A DNA stretch of 58,004 nt from Candidatus Nanoarchaeia archaeon (GCA_050292425.1 JBNKLP010000007.1:1-58004); one strand, 5' to 3'; numbered from the stretch's first letter, positions 28,255-38,534 are shown. The notes: generated by a model from the letters alone, not told the origin. Translations and numbers: made by a program.

Positions 28255-29465
28255 ATTCTAATTGAACCAAATCCAGAGATTCTCCATTTGTTACCTTCGA
28301 ATCTTTTGAAGATAACTGCTCTATCGCCATTAAATGCCATTACTGGTCTTTTTAGTTTTACTGTTGCAGTTTGTGGATTTACTTTTGTTACAACACCAAC
28401 TGTTGTCAATGAGTTTACAATGAGCATTAAAGGTTCTGTCTGAATGATTGGCTTTACATCTAATTCTCCAGAGGATGTGATTATTTTGTCAAATAAGGAA
28501 ATGTCGAATGTAAGCTCAGTTACTGGTTCTGGCAGAGTTCCTTTCAATCCTGCAATTTGTCCTACTAGTGAATCTGTTTTTGTTACAGTTGGATCAAGCT
28601 GAGTCATGATAGCTACACTTCCTCCTGGAATTGCCTCATCTAATTTGTCTTTGTCAGACATTAATCCTTCAACTTTAGCCTCAATTGGAACATATGTTAC
28701 TTTTCCTTCTCTTGTTACTGCAAGTCCTGGCTTGATTTCTATTTCCTGACCAACTTTTAGAGTTCCATCTTTTAGGGAACCACCAAGAACTCCTCCTTTC
28801 ATGTCAAGGTAGTTTTCTCCAGGTTTGTTGATATCAAAAGATCTTACAATGTACATATGAGGATCCTTGTCAAGTTGTCTTTGAGGTTCATCAAAGGTTT
28901 TAGTAATGTATTCTAATAATGATGATAGGTTTGCCCCATGCTGTGCTGAAAGAGGAATAATAGGTGAATCTTGCGCTACAGTTCCCTTAAGGAATGCTTT
29001 TATCTGCTTAAAGTTCTCAATTGCCTCTTCTTTTGTTACAAGATCAATTTTGTTCTGAATTACGATGATGTTTTTAATTCCAGATATTTCAAGAGTTTTA
29101 AGGTGTTCAACTGTTTGGGGCTGAGGGCATTTTTCGTTTGCCGCAATCAACAATAAAGCGCAATCCATAACTGCAGCTCCTGATATCATTGTTGCCATAA
29201 ATGATTCGTGACCTGGCGCGTCCACAATAGAGAATTTTCTAAGAGGTTCAAGGTTTCCTTCTTTTTTTACAGAATAATGGGAACCATCTGAGTAGACTGT
29301 AAAGTTTGTGTAACCCAGTTTGATAGTGATTCCTCTTTTTTTTTCTTCTGAGTGTGTGTCTGTCCACTTTCCAGATAGAAGTTTTGTCAAAGTTGTTTTT
29401 CCGTGGTCTACATGACCCACAAGTCCTAAATTCACTGTTGGTTGGATTGGGAGCGCTTTTGTCAT
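28251..29465 (-). CDS. eif2g: translation initiation factor 2 gamma subunit
   Basis: QPTVNLGLVGHVDHGKTT, TDTHSEEKKRGITIKLGY, DAPGHE, PQPQTxEH, NKID, RSFDINKPG. Confidence 0.96.
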   Translation of the reverse strand: MTKALPIQPTVNLGLVGHVDHGKTTLTKLLSGKWTDTHSEEKKRGITIKLGYTNFTVYSDGSHYSVKKEGNLEPLRKFSIVDAPGHESFMATMISGAAVMDCALLLIAANEKCPQPQTVEHLKTLEISGIKNIIVIQNKIDLVTKEEAIENFKQIKAFLKGTVAQDSPIIPLSAQHGANLSSLLEYITKTFDEPQRQLDKDPHMYIVRSFDINKPGENYLDMKGGVLGGSLKDGTLKVGQEIEIKPGLAVTREGKVTYVPIEAKVEGLMSDKDKLDEAIPGGSVAIMTQLDPTVTKTDSLVGQIAGLKGTLPEPVTELTFDISLFDKIITSSGELDVKPIIQTEPLMLIVNSLTTVGVVTKVNPQTATVKLKRPVMAFNGDRAVIFKRFEGNKWRISGFGSIRI

Positions 29466-29510
29466 AGTAGAAATGAATTGGTTGGTTTATATAAAGGTTA
29501 TGTAGTGGAA

Positions 29511-30752
29511 TTAGAGTTTAATCTTTCCTTCTTTTCCACTAACGATGTTCTTTAGTGTGTATTTGCCTTCTTCTATGTCTTTCTTTCCTAAGATTGCAAT
29601 GTTGTCGCATCCCAAATACTGAGCATAGTCGAATGCCTTTTTTAGTTTGTAACCATAGTAAACTTCAGTTCTGAAGTCTTTTCTTAGTGTCTGAGCCAGT
29701 GTCTGAGCCTGAATTGCAAACTCTGCCTCTAATGGCACAACTAGTATTTGTGTAAGTCCTTCTTTTTCTGAGCCGTCTTTTAGGCATGCCATAATTGGAA
29801 CAAGTCCAAAGCTTACTCCTACTGCAGGTATTTCTTCATTAGAGGATGCATACTCGCCAATTACCTTATCATATCTTCCTCCTGACCCAAGAGATGATGT
29901 GATTTTCTCTTTTTTGTCATAGCTTTCCCAGATGTTTCCTGTGTAGATGTCAAGCCCTCTTGACATTGAGAAGTTGATTCTGAATTCAACTTTGAATTCT
30001 TTTAACATTGCAGTTAGTTTCTTCAACTCTTCAATACCTTCTTTTAGCAAGTCATCATTTGTTAATTTCTCAATTGCCTTGAAGTCTTTTGCCGATAAGG
30101 TTTCAATTGCTGCTTTTGCCTTTTTAATATCAAATCCTTTTTCTTTAATCTCATCTAAAACTCCTTTTTCTCCAATTTTCTTTAGCTTGTCAATAGAGAG
30201 AATAATTGAGGATAAGTCTTTTTGCTTGAAACCTTCTTGCAGAAGTGCTCCTCTAAGAATTTTGTTGTTGTTTATCTCAAGAATGGGAGTTATTCCAAGC
30301 TCCTTGTAAGTGTTGTAGAACATTGTTAGAAGTTCAGCTTCTATTTCAACTCCAGAGGTTCCAATCACATCACCATCACACTGAATGAATTCTCTTGCCC
30401 TTCCAGTCTTAATAGGACCATCCCTGAATACTTTTCCAATCTGATATCTCCTAAATGGTTTTTTTAATTTCTTGTTGTTTGCTGCAACATATCTTGAAAG
30501 AGGAGTTGTAAGGTCATATCTTAGACCTAGTTTTCTTTTCCCTCTGTCTGATAATTTGAATATCTCTTCAACAATTTCTGCATTCTTGTCATATTTGAGA
30601 GTCAGAGTCTCAAAATACTCAACAATTGGAGTGTCAAGCGGTCTGAAACCATAGCTCTCAAAATTTGCTCTAATAATGTCTAAAATTGCGTTAATTCTTA
30701 TTTGATCTTTAGGTTCACTATCTTGTGTTCCTTTTAGTACTTCGAATCTCAT
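29511..30752 (-). CDS. hisS: histidine--tRNA ligase
   Basis: KGTQD, LRYDLT, RYQIGKVFRD, REFIQCD, RGLDIYTG, GGRYD, C-terminal anticodon-binding domain. Confidence 0.96.
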   Translation of the reverse strand: MRFEVLKGTQDSEPKDQIRINAILDIIRANFESYGFRPLDTPIVEYFETLTLKYDKNAEIVEEIFKLSDRGKRKLGLRYDLTTPLSRYVAANNKKLKKPFRRYQIGKVFRDGPIKTGRAREFIQCDGDVIGTSGVEIEAELLTMFYNTYKELGITPILEINNNKILRGALLQEGFKQKDLSSIILSIDKLKKIGEKGVLDEIKEKGFDIKKAKAAIETLSAKDFKAIEKLTNDDLLKEGIEELKKLTAMLKEFKVEFRINFSMSRGLDIYTGNIWESYDKKEKITSSLGSGGRYDKVIGEYASSNEEIPAVGVSFGLVPIMACLKDGSEKEGLTQILVVPLEAEFAIQAQTLAQTLRKDFRTEVYYGYKLKKAFDYAQYLGCDNIAILGKKDIEEGKYTLKNIVSGKEGKIKL

Positions 30753-30773
30753 ATTTAATTAATATTTAAAAAT

Positions 30774-30785
30774 ACTTATAAATGT
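30774..30785. promoter_or_regulatory. putative bidirectional TATA box
   Basis: ACTTATAAATGT, identical to 621-632, between ATG 30752 (-) and ATG 30807 (+). Confidence 0.55.
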
Positions 30786-30806
30786 TATTGAATGTAGTAT
30801 AAATAT

Positions 30807-30914
30807 ATGACTGAAGAATTAATTCCTGCAATCTTGTCTGAAAAAGCTTTGAGTTATGGCTGGAATTCTATAGAAGATGAGAAGGCATTTATGTATTTTC
30901 AAAATAAAAAATGA
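30807..30914 (+). CDS. 35-aa small protein resembling the DUF2281-type C-terminal motif
   Basis: MTEELIPAILSEKALSYGWNSIEDEKAFMYFQNKK*; TATA about 22 nt upstream; ATGA overlap with the next gene. Confidence 0.55.
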   Translation: MTEELIPAILSEKALSYGWNSIEDEKAFMYFQNKK

Positions 30915-32047
30915 AACAACTCTCATCAATGGATTTGTATTTTTTGACAAAAGAGTTCAAAGTTTTGGAGAATCAGAGAGTTGATACTTTTTATTTTGAA
31001 AATGATACGTTCTACTTGAGAGTATATGTTAGCGGAAAAGGACATTTGCTTTTAACTTCAAAAATTGGAAAGTACATATTTTTAGGTGATGAGAAGGAAG
31101 AGAGTGGTACTCCATCATCATTTGTTTCTCATTTGAGGAAGTATTTGAAAGGAGGATTTATTCGAGAAGTTGAGCAGGTTGAGGCAGAGAGAATCCTAAA
31201 AATAATTATTGAGAAGAAGCAAGGGGAAAACATTGTCAGATATCATTTGTTTGTTGAAGTGTTTGCTCCAGGAAATGTGATTATTACCAATTCCAATCTG
31301 GAGATTATGAACTCTCTTAAGAAAAAGAAGTTCAAAGACAGAAAAGTAATGGTTCGTGAGAAATATGAACTTCCTCCTAAAAAAGCAGTTACTGCATTCA
31401 GCATTGAAAAGGAAAAACTAGTTGAAGAACTTATGGCTAGCGATTTGAGCATTGTTAAGTTTTTGGCAATGAAGCTTGGGATGGGAGGTAAGTTTGCTGA
31501 GGAAGTGTGCTTTTTGGCAGGAGTTGATAAGAGTAGAGCTGCAAAAGAGTTTGATGGCAAGGAGCTTAGTGATTTGATTAAAACCATTAAGGACCTTGTT
31601 GGTCGTAATGTTGAAGGATGGGAAGTTCTTGATGGAGCAGGAAATATAACAGATTTTGTTCCTTTTAAGTTTGAAAGCATTAAGGAAGAACAGAAAAGAA
31701 TGCTTAGTTTTAATGATGTTGTGAAGAAGTATTTTAGCTTATTTAGGGAGCAAAAAGATGCAAAGCAAGATAGTTTGTCTAAAGATTTGAAAAAGCTTCA
31801 AAACAGGCTTGAAAAACAGCAAGAACAAATGAAAGATATTGAAGTTGATTATGAAAAATACAACTCGCTAGGGAATGTTGTTTATGAAAATTATGCATTG
31901 ATTGAGGAGTTGCTTACTTCAATTAACAAGGCAGGACGTGAGAAAGGATGGGATTATGTTTTAGAGAAAATAAAAACTGATGAAAGACTGGCTAAAATTG
32001 TTTCAAAATTGAATTATAAAAATAATGAAATTATACTAGAATTATAA
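30911..32047 (+). CDS. Rqc2/NFACT (FbpA) family protein, N-terminal part only
   Basis: LSSMDL, PSSFVSHLRKYLKGG, ERIL, EVFAPGNVII, HhH GMGGKFAEEVC, coiled coil; ends before any NFACT-R domain. Confidence 0.85.
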   Translation: MKQLSSMDLYFLTKEFKVLENQRVDTFYFENDTFYLRVYVSGKGHLLLTSKIGKYIFLGDEKEESGTPSSFVSHLRKYLKGGFIREVEQVEAERILKIIIEKKQGENIVRYHLFVEVFAPGNVIITNSNLEIMNSLKKKKFKDRKVMVREKYELPPKKAVTAFSIEKEKLVEELMASDLSIVKFLAMKLGMGGKFAEEVCFLAGVDKSRAAKEFDGKELSDLIKTIKDLVGRNVEGWEVLDGAGNITDFVPFKFESIKEEQKRMLSFNDVVKKYFSLFREQKDAKQDSLSKDLKKLQNRLEKQQEQMKDIEVDYEKYNSLGNVVYENYALIEELLTSINKAGREKGWDYVLEKIKTDERLAKIVSKLNYKNNEIILEL

Positions 32048-32074
32048 TTACATATTCTAAAAAGAGAAGAAGAT

Positions 32075-35000
32075 TTATTCTACCTTTACGTAGATGTATC
32101 TTGTCTGTTTGTCATCTCCATCGTTGATGGATAGTCTTGCAGGATACATTCCTGATTTAGTTCCTGATGCGATGAAGATAGGAACCTGAACTTCTCTTTC
32201 CATGTCTGCACCAATTGAGATTTCCTCATGATAGTTCAATTTCAACTCAGTACTCATAAGAGTAATTGAAATCTCCTTTGCTTCTTCTTCGTTATTCTCA
32301 ATTATAAATGAGATTGTGTTGTATCCTGGAATGATTTCCTGACTTAGAGCAGTGCTCATGTAATTAAGGATATCAGTTCCCTGTCCTCTAATTGATTGAA
32401 TCTTTCTTTGAGCAACTGGATATGAGAACATTACTGATTTTGTTACATCAATGTCTGTTCCATATGCATCTTGTACATTTAGTACAAACCTACAGTTTAC
32501 ATCTGTTGGGATTGTTGATGTGAAATCAAGTGTGTTAATGTCAAACCAGTATACAAATCCTTCTTCTCTTTCAACCTTGGATATAGCTCCATTAGGAATT
32601 GTACCATCATTTGCAAGGTTGATTCTTGCTGTTGCACCATCACAGGAGATTCTTGGTCTAAATTCAAGTACTCTTTCGTTTAGAGTCTCATTCATTACTG
32701 TAATACCAAATCTTACTTCTCCAGGTGTTACAACATCATCCAAAATGATGTCAACCAAGTCAAGTGTTAAATCAACTGTATTGTTTGTATCATTTTGTGA
32801 TACGAATAGTTGTTCTATTGTCTCAGATGCATTTGTTGTTCCATCAGTTGCTGTGAATACAAATACTCCAGTTCCTGTCAAATCATAATTTGTTACTTCA
32901 AATGTTCCAATACAAGGAACAACACTTGAGTTACCATTGATATCCAAAGTACAATCCATTGAAGTTAACAAAGGATGAGTTGCACTGAATTCGAAAGTCA
33001 AATTGTTAGGTACTGTAAAGTCTCCTGTAGCAGTTGACATAATGAAATAATCAATCTGAGGCCCATCAGCTGTTGTTACAACAGTAATTGGAACAAGATT
33101 GGAATTTACAATGTTTGTTCCATCAGTCACTCTTACAAAGGCATTGTAAAAGCCAATAGTGTAATTGTGAGTCAGCCCATCAATGTTTGAACAGTCATCC
33201 TGAGTGCTTTGACCATCACCATAGTAAATTGTACATGTAAGGTTGTCATTTTCAGGATCCTGAGCACTGAACTGAACTGTTGAAGTCAGATTCTCAATTC
33301 CAAATGTTGGTGTCATATTGAATAGAGTTACAACTGGAGCTTCGTTTACTGAAACAAAGTATCTGTCAATGCTTCTTAGTACTTGATGCTCACCATCATC
33401 TGCAATGATTGTGAATCTTGAGTTTCCTGCAATGTTAAAGTTGTCAATATTTTCAACACCATTTGCACAACCTACTGCCTGACTTACTCCATTTACTCTT
33501 AGAGTACATGTCATTGGAAAATTATCAGGATGAGTAACATCCCAAGTTAGTGTCAAGTTTGTTGGAATGTTATTTCCATTTGTTGAGTCAAGTGTGAAAT
33601 ATCCAATGTGAGGTGATGAGTATTCTCTTTCAAATACAAATACTTGTTCAACTACCTGAACTGGCTCGTTGGTACCATCTTCTACAATTAATACAGCATT
33701 GTATGTTCCAACGTTTGAGTATGTGTGTGCTACACCATTCAAATTGCTACATGAATCAGATGTCTGAGTTCCATCTCCAAATGTCAAAGTACAACTTAAA
33801 GAGTCTCCTTCAGCATCTGTTACATCAATTGCAAAGTTAGTTGCAAAAGGAGCATCACCATTATCTGGCTGAGCTTCAAATACATTTACAACTGGTGCTG
33901 TGTTGTCAACAAAGTGAATTGTGATTGAATCCTGAGCTGTAGCTCCAGAAGGATCTTCAACTCTTACCTGAACTACAGCATCATTTGGTGTACTTGTTGA
34001 TACATACAAGTATCCATTTACAATTACTGCATTTGCTGTTCCTGATGTTACTGAACTTGTTAGGCTTAAGGATGTGAACAAGTCATTGAAGTCTGTTACA
34101 TAGTTTGAAAGATCAACTTCAACTGTGTTTAGGTAATATTCAGTTAGTTCAGTAGGCAAGTCAATTAGAGGTGCTACATTATCTGCTGGCAGAGTGATGT
34201 AGATGTCTGAGTTTGATGCAATGTGAACAGTGTTTGAAACTGTTACATAATCAGCCTTTGATACAGTGTATGTGTATGTTCCTGCAATTACATCATTAAA
34301 ACTTACAGTTCCCAATGCGTTTGTTGCAAGGTTCTGATTGTATGAAGGAGCAGTCTGATAGTAATCATCTGCACTTAATAGTTGAAGATTGATGTTTGCA
34401 TTATCTACAACGTTTGAGTCAGAATCTCTTACAAAGAAATTTACTGAATAAGTTTCAGTTGCTAATATCTGCAAGTTTTGTGTCTGCTCAACATCTTCAA
34501 TAATATCACATCCATTGTCAACAGGTGTTGTGATTAATTTAACTTCATATGAACCTGCAGGAAGGTTTGTAATGAAAGGTGATAAATCTGCTCTGTATTC
34601 CTGAAGGTTGAAGTCTGATTGAAGAGTCCAACTCATTACCAACTGATTGTTAAAATACAAGTCTGCATTGAAATTCATAGGAGTGATAGACTCATCCCTG
34701 TATGCTCCTCCTCTAAATCCTCCATAAAGAGTTTCACCTTCTGAGATTTGAGCAATGCTTGTAGTTAGGTCGAATGTTTCTGTATTTGATAGAGTGAAAT
34801 CATATGCTCTTACCCAACATGCTCCATCTAAAGTAGCTGGATAGATTGTCTCAATTACTTCTGCATAGTCTGGAAGTGATGAGGATACCTGATTGTCAAT
34901 TACATCAGTGTCTACTCTGAATTTAATTGATTCATTTTCAAGTCCTGCATCTGGTGTCCATGAAAAAGCAGCAAGTCCTGCGCAAGTGTCAGCTTCAATT

Positions 35001-35701
35001 GGAATTGTTACCATCTCTGTTAGGTAAGTTTCTTGTGTGTTATCATTACTGATTCTTAGTTGAATTTGTGTGTTTGCACTAAAGTCTGAGTAACCTGTTG
35101 GAGGTGTTGCTCTCCACATGCTTGGCTGTGTAAATCTAAAAGCTGAACATACTGTCTCTTCAATTGATACTGGAATTTCAATTTGAACTGGAAGCAGTTC
35201 ATTGTCAATATTCTTAATGTTTAGCTGCTGGATTTCTGCATGTGCATTAGCTTTTTTCTCAAATGAGATTAAAATCGGAGTCTCATCAAAACAGATGTCA
35301 TATTCACATGTAAATCCTGTTGCTCTAAAGTATTCTGGAAGGTATGAATCTTCTGAGGGGAAAAATTCTGCAACATATCCAAATGTTGAAGGGATTTCCT
35401 GTCTTACAATTACTCCTGAGGATGTTGCAATGTTTCCTGATAGAGCGTAACCTGCCATACATGTATTGAATGCCTCTTGAGTTGTTCTATCTGTCCAACA
35501 GGATAGAGCCCCTCTATCATATAGCTGCATATCACCTGCAAGAGATGAACATTGTGAGTTTGAACATTCTCCTCCGTCAACAAACACGTTTGAAGGAGTT
35601 TGAACAGAGTATGCAAAATCGTATACTGTATAAAAATCAGCAGAGTACGCTGTAAATACAGATGCGAAAAGTGCAATTAATAGTATTAATAGTTTTTTCA
35701 T
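32075..35701 (-). CDS. large secreted Ig/PKD-repeat surface protein
   Basis: Signal peptide, acidic/Thr-rich, PKD motifs (LTFGDG..HTYSNVGTYNA; YYGDG..HNY), GTYTYTVSK domain, no C-terminal TM. Confidence 0.75.
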   Translation of the reverse strand: MKKLLILLIALFASVFTAYSADFYTVYDFAYSVQTPSNVFVDGGECSNSQCSSLAGDMQLYDRGALSCWTDRTTQEAFNTCMAGYALSGNIATSSGVIVRQEIPSTFGYVAEFFPSEDSYLPEYFRATGFTCEYDICFDETPILISFEKKANAHAEIQQLNIKNIDNELLPVQIEIPVSIEETVCSAFRFTQPSMWRATPPTGYSDFSANTQIQLRISNDNTQETYLTEMVTIPIEADTCAGLAAFSWTPDAGLENESIKFRVDTDVIDNQVSSSLPDYAEVIETIYPATLDGACWVRAYDFTLSNTETFDLTTSIAQISEGETLYGGFRGGAYRDESITPMNFNADLYFNNQLVMSWTLQSDFNLQEYRADLSPFITNLPAGSYEVKLITTPVDNGCDIIEDVEQTQNLQILATETYSVNFFVRDSDSNVVDNANINLQLLSADDYYQTAPSYNQNLATNALGTVSFNDVIAGTYTYTVSKADYVTVSNTVHIASNSDIYITLPADNVAPLIDLPTELTEYYLNTVEVDLSNYVTDFNDLFTSLSLTSSVTSGTANAVIVNGYLYVSTSTPNDAVVQVRVEDPSGATAQDSITIHFVDNTAPVVNVFEAQPDNGDAPFATNFAIDVTDAEGDSLSCTLTFGDGTQTSDSCSNLNGVAHTYSNVGTYNAVLIVEDGTNEPVQVVEQVFVFEREYSSPHIGYFTLDSTNGNNIPTNLTLTWDVTHPDNFPMTCTLRVNGVSQAVGCANGVENIDNFNIAGNSRFTIIADDGEHQVLRSIDRYFVSVNEAPVVTLFNMTPTFGIENLTSTVQFSAQDPENDNLTCTIYYGDGQSTQDDCSNIDGLTHNYTIGFYNAFVRVTDGTNIVNSNLVPITVVTTADGPQIDYFIMSTATGDFTVPNNLTFEFSATHPLLTSMDCTLDINGNSSVVPCIGTFEVTNYDLTGTGVFVFTATDGTTNASETIEQLFVSQNDTNNTVDLTLDLVDIILDDVVTPGEVRFGITVMNETLNERVLEFRPRISCDGATARINLANDGTIPNGAISKVEREEGFVYWFDINTLDFTSTIPTDVNCRFVLNVQDAYGTDIDVTKSVMFSYPVAQRKIQSIRGQGTDILNYMSTALSQEIIPGYNTISFIIENNEEEAKEISITLMSTELKLNYHEEISIGADMEREVQVPIFIASGTKSGMYPARLSINDGDDKQTRYIYVKVE

Positions 35702-35705
35702 TTTC

Positions 35706-36350
35706 TTATTGTACTAGGCTTCCTCCTGAACCTGTAGTGCTACCTGATCCCCAAGTAGAAGTTGATGAACTTGACTGTGATGTTGCATTGTGAGTAGAAC
35801 TTCCTGAAAGAAGACCAAGTAATATACCTAAGGAAACATATCTTCCTGTTTCTCTTTTAACTCCTGCTGCTGCCCAAGCATTTGCATCAGCTTCTACTTG
35901 TTGACCAGCATATTTAAGTGCTGCATATTTCATATTTGTTTTATGAAATCCATTTTCCATTAATGAATTTTTCACTACATCAGCCTTACAGTAATCATTC
36001 TCACAAAGAGTGTAATCTAATTTTACATTTTCTGGAACTAATTTTTCCAGACCAGTTCTGATATTTGAAATTTTACATACAGTATCTGCATCATTACATG
36101 CTGAATACTTTGAAGCATTTGCAAATGGAATTGAAAAAGTACCTGCCTCATACATCTTAAGAACATCTTCTGGAGAGAACCCTGCAAATGTTGAATTTGT
36201 TGATGTTCTCATCTCAGTTGCTTTTTTAACCATAGTTGTTGCAATAATTGCTGATGAATTCACATCATCCCTTATTTCATATTTTGCAACACATCCAGTC
36301 ATTAAAGCTGGGATTAATGCTGTTGCTAAAGCTTTTGTTCTTTTATTCAT
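35706..36350 (-). CDS. putative lipoprotein
   Basis: MNKRTK..ALIPALMTG|C lipobox; C-terminal hydrophobic SLGILLGLLSG followed by a Ser/Gly/Thr tail. Confidence 0.6.
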   Translation of the reverse strand: MNKRTKALATALIPALMTGCVAKYEIRDDVNSSAIIATTMVKKATEMRTSTNSTFAGFSPEDVLKMYEAGTFSIPFANASKYSACNDADTVCKISNIRTGLEKLVPENVKLDYTLCENDYCKADVVKNSLMENGFHKTNMKYAALKYAGQQVEADANAWAAAGVKRETGRYVSLGILLGLLSGSSTHNATSQSSSSTSTWGSGSTTGSGGSLVQ

Positions 36351-37600
36351 TCTTTAACACCTCCAATACCAAAAAAAGGTTGTGCAACATTTTCACCTGC
36401 TTGCCTGTTTCTTGAAACTTCTTGAGGAATTTCCTTAAGTACACATCTTCCTGCAATAGCAAGATTTCCAGTATTACATTTTTCTACAATTGCATTGTAG
36501 TTTGAACCTAGCAAATCATTTCCAGTTCCTGCTGTAAGCTGGTAAAATCTTGGCTCAACAAGTGGAGCAGGTATAGCTGCTGTCCAATTATTCTGCCAGA
36601 AATCAACATACTTGTTCTTTGCAATCTGTTTTAAAATTTCTGGATTGTTTTTTACATACTCTCTATCAATTGATGATTCAACTGAAAATTGACCTAAATT
36701 TGTCAAATATTCTGCTCTTTGTTCTGGAGTGTTCTGAGCCCCTGAAAGTTCTGTTGCAGAAGTTACTTGTGCATTTAGTAAAAATTCAAGTCCTGTTGTT
36801 AATTCAGGATGAAGTTCATCTAATGCTTCTGGAATGAAAAAAGCTTCTGTTCTTTCTCTTGCACTTAATTTTTCAAGTCCATAAATCTGTCTTGCAACTT
36901 CTTTCTCTGAGAATGTCTCATTGATTTCCTCTCCATTAACACTAAGCAATTTGTAAAGTCCTGAACCCATATTTTCATAAATTGCTAATTTTGCACTATT
37001 ATTAATTAATATAGGAGTTACAAGGTAGTTTCTGAAATCAGCAGGTTTTTTAGATTCAATTGACTTTTCAGCAGCTATTTTTCTATTATCTATAACTACT
37101 ATTCTATCTTGAGGTTTTTCAGGATTGTATACAATTACATCAATGTTATCTCCTTTTTTAGTTGGGTTGAAATTTTTATTTTTAATATTACCAATATTTT
37201 CAATTGGACCTCTATGAACTCTTTCTCCATTTACTAAAATATTTGCTTCAGAATAACTATTACCAACAATTTTCTTAACTAATTCTTCTAATCTATCTCC
37301 TTCATCATCTGATGGATACTTGAACTTGTTTCCAACTTTTCTTGAAGGACACCAGTCTCTCCCCATTACAGTTTCATTAGTTGCAAGTGGTTTACCTTCT
37401 TGAGTGCTAATTCTTACATTATCAGCATATAAACCATTAGGGTATTTTTTACATTTGTCTACTGCAGGCTTTGCAGGAGCAGGTCCAACATATGCAGGTG
37501 ATGCAGGATCATGTCTAGGATCTATAGCATAAGCTGAAGTTGCAAGAAGAGTTCCAGCTAAAATTGTTGCTAAAGCATTAATTGTTTTCATTCTTTCCAA
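36347..37600 (-). CDS. secreted hypothetical protein
   Basis: Signal peptide ending AYA, Pro/Ala linker, Cys pairs; overlaps both neighbours. Confidence 0.6.
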   Translation of the reverse strand: MERMKTINALATILAGTLLATSAYAIDPRHDPASPAYVGPAPAKPAVDKCKKYPNGLYADNVRISTQEGKPLATNETVMGRDWCPSRKVGNKFKYPSDDEGDRLEELVKKIVGNSYSEANILVNGERVHRGPIENIGNIKNKNFNPTKKGDNIDVIVYNPEKPQDRIVVIDNRKIAAEKSIESKKPADFRNYLVTPILINNSAKLAIYENMGSGLYKLLSVNGEEINETFSEKEVARQIYGLEKLSARERTEAFFIPEALDELHPELTTGLEFLLNAQVTSATELSGAQNTPEQRAEYLTNLGQFSVESSIDREYVKNNPEILKQIAKNKYVDFWQNNWTAAIPAPLVEPRFYQLTAGTGNDLLGSNYNAIVEKCNTGNLAIAGRCVLKEIPQEVSRNRQAGENVAQPFFGIGGVKE

Positions 37601-38445
37601 CCCCCTTTCTCCAATACCTGAGTGTGATACCCAGTAATATCTGAATTAGTTGGAAAACAGTTTGGCAATTCAATTTCCATTCTTGCATAAAGAGGAGCAT
37701 TTTCCCTCAGACTTTTTAGTTCACTTTTAGCTGAAAGATCTGATCTAACTTTAAAATAATCTTCTAAAGATAAATTCTGAGTCATACCACTATTGTAGCT
37801 TTTTGGAAATAAACATCTATTTGCATCAATACTCATTCCTTTGTAATTTCCGTCAAGACTTAGATAATTAAAAGTTACAATTTCTTCTCCTTTTTTAGTA
37901 GTTTTTCTATCTACACCAATTGAACCAGTTGCTTCTCTTCCTCCTAATCTTCTTCTTAAATCATCATATGAAGCTTCTCCATTTTTTAATAATAATTTAT
38001 TCAAATCATCTTTGTTTGGAAGAAGAGCTTCAGTTTCATTTGTTCTGTATCTAACATCAGATCCATCTCTTAAAGCACTTCCAGTCTGAACTTCTCCAAA
38101 TCCTCTATGTGGTTCGTCTGCATTGAATCCTCTATTGTATGCAACATATCCTCCAAATCCTCCTAAAAGTAAAAGAGCAGCAGCACCAAGACCACATACA
38201 ATGTTTTTTCTAGTGTGACTTCTTTCTAACTCTTCATTTTCACCCCTAAGTTTAACATTTTCATTTTGATTATTAGAATTTCTTCTGGACATAGATTGAT
38301 ATTCTTTATTTATTTTATTTAAATCCTCAACTTTTTCAGGATTATTTTCTCCAGCTTTTAACTTACCTATTCTCTCTTCAAATTCTGCAAATTCATCCTT
38401 TAAAATTGGTTCGAATCTGTCTTGTTTATGTCTATCTTCAGCCAT
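37588..38445 (-). CDS. single-pass membrane protein with N-terminal coiled coil
   Basis: Charged heptad N-terminus, TM GLGAAALLLLGGFGGYVAY, C-terminal domain with a Cys pair. Confidence 0.6.
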   Translation of the reverse strand: MAEDRHKQDRFEPILKDEFAEFEERIGKLKAGENNPEKVEDLNKINKEYQSMSRRNSNNQNENVKLRGENEELERSHTRKNIVCGLGAAALLLLGGFGGYVAYNRGFNADEPHRGFGEVQTGSALRDGSDVRYRTNETEALLPNKDDLNKLLLKNGEASYDDLRRRLGGREATGSIGVDRKTTKKGEEIVTFNYLSLDGNYKGMSIDANRCLFPKSYNSGMTQNLSLEDYFKVRSDLSAKSELKSLRENAPLYARMEIELPNCFPTNSDITGYHTQVLEKGGWKE

Positions 38446-38534
38446 TTTTTATAATATATTATAGTTTTAATCTATAGTAAACCTCCTATATTTATAAATG
38501 TTTTGATTTGTACACTACTGAAAAGTGAAGAAAA

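Noticed and set aside
38450-38463. Palindrome TATAATATATTATA upstream of the four-gene operon
   Set aside because: Pure A/T palindromes are expected by chance at this base composition
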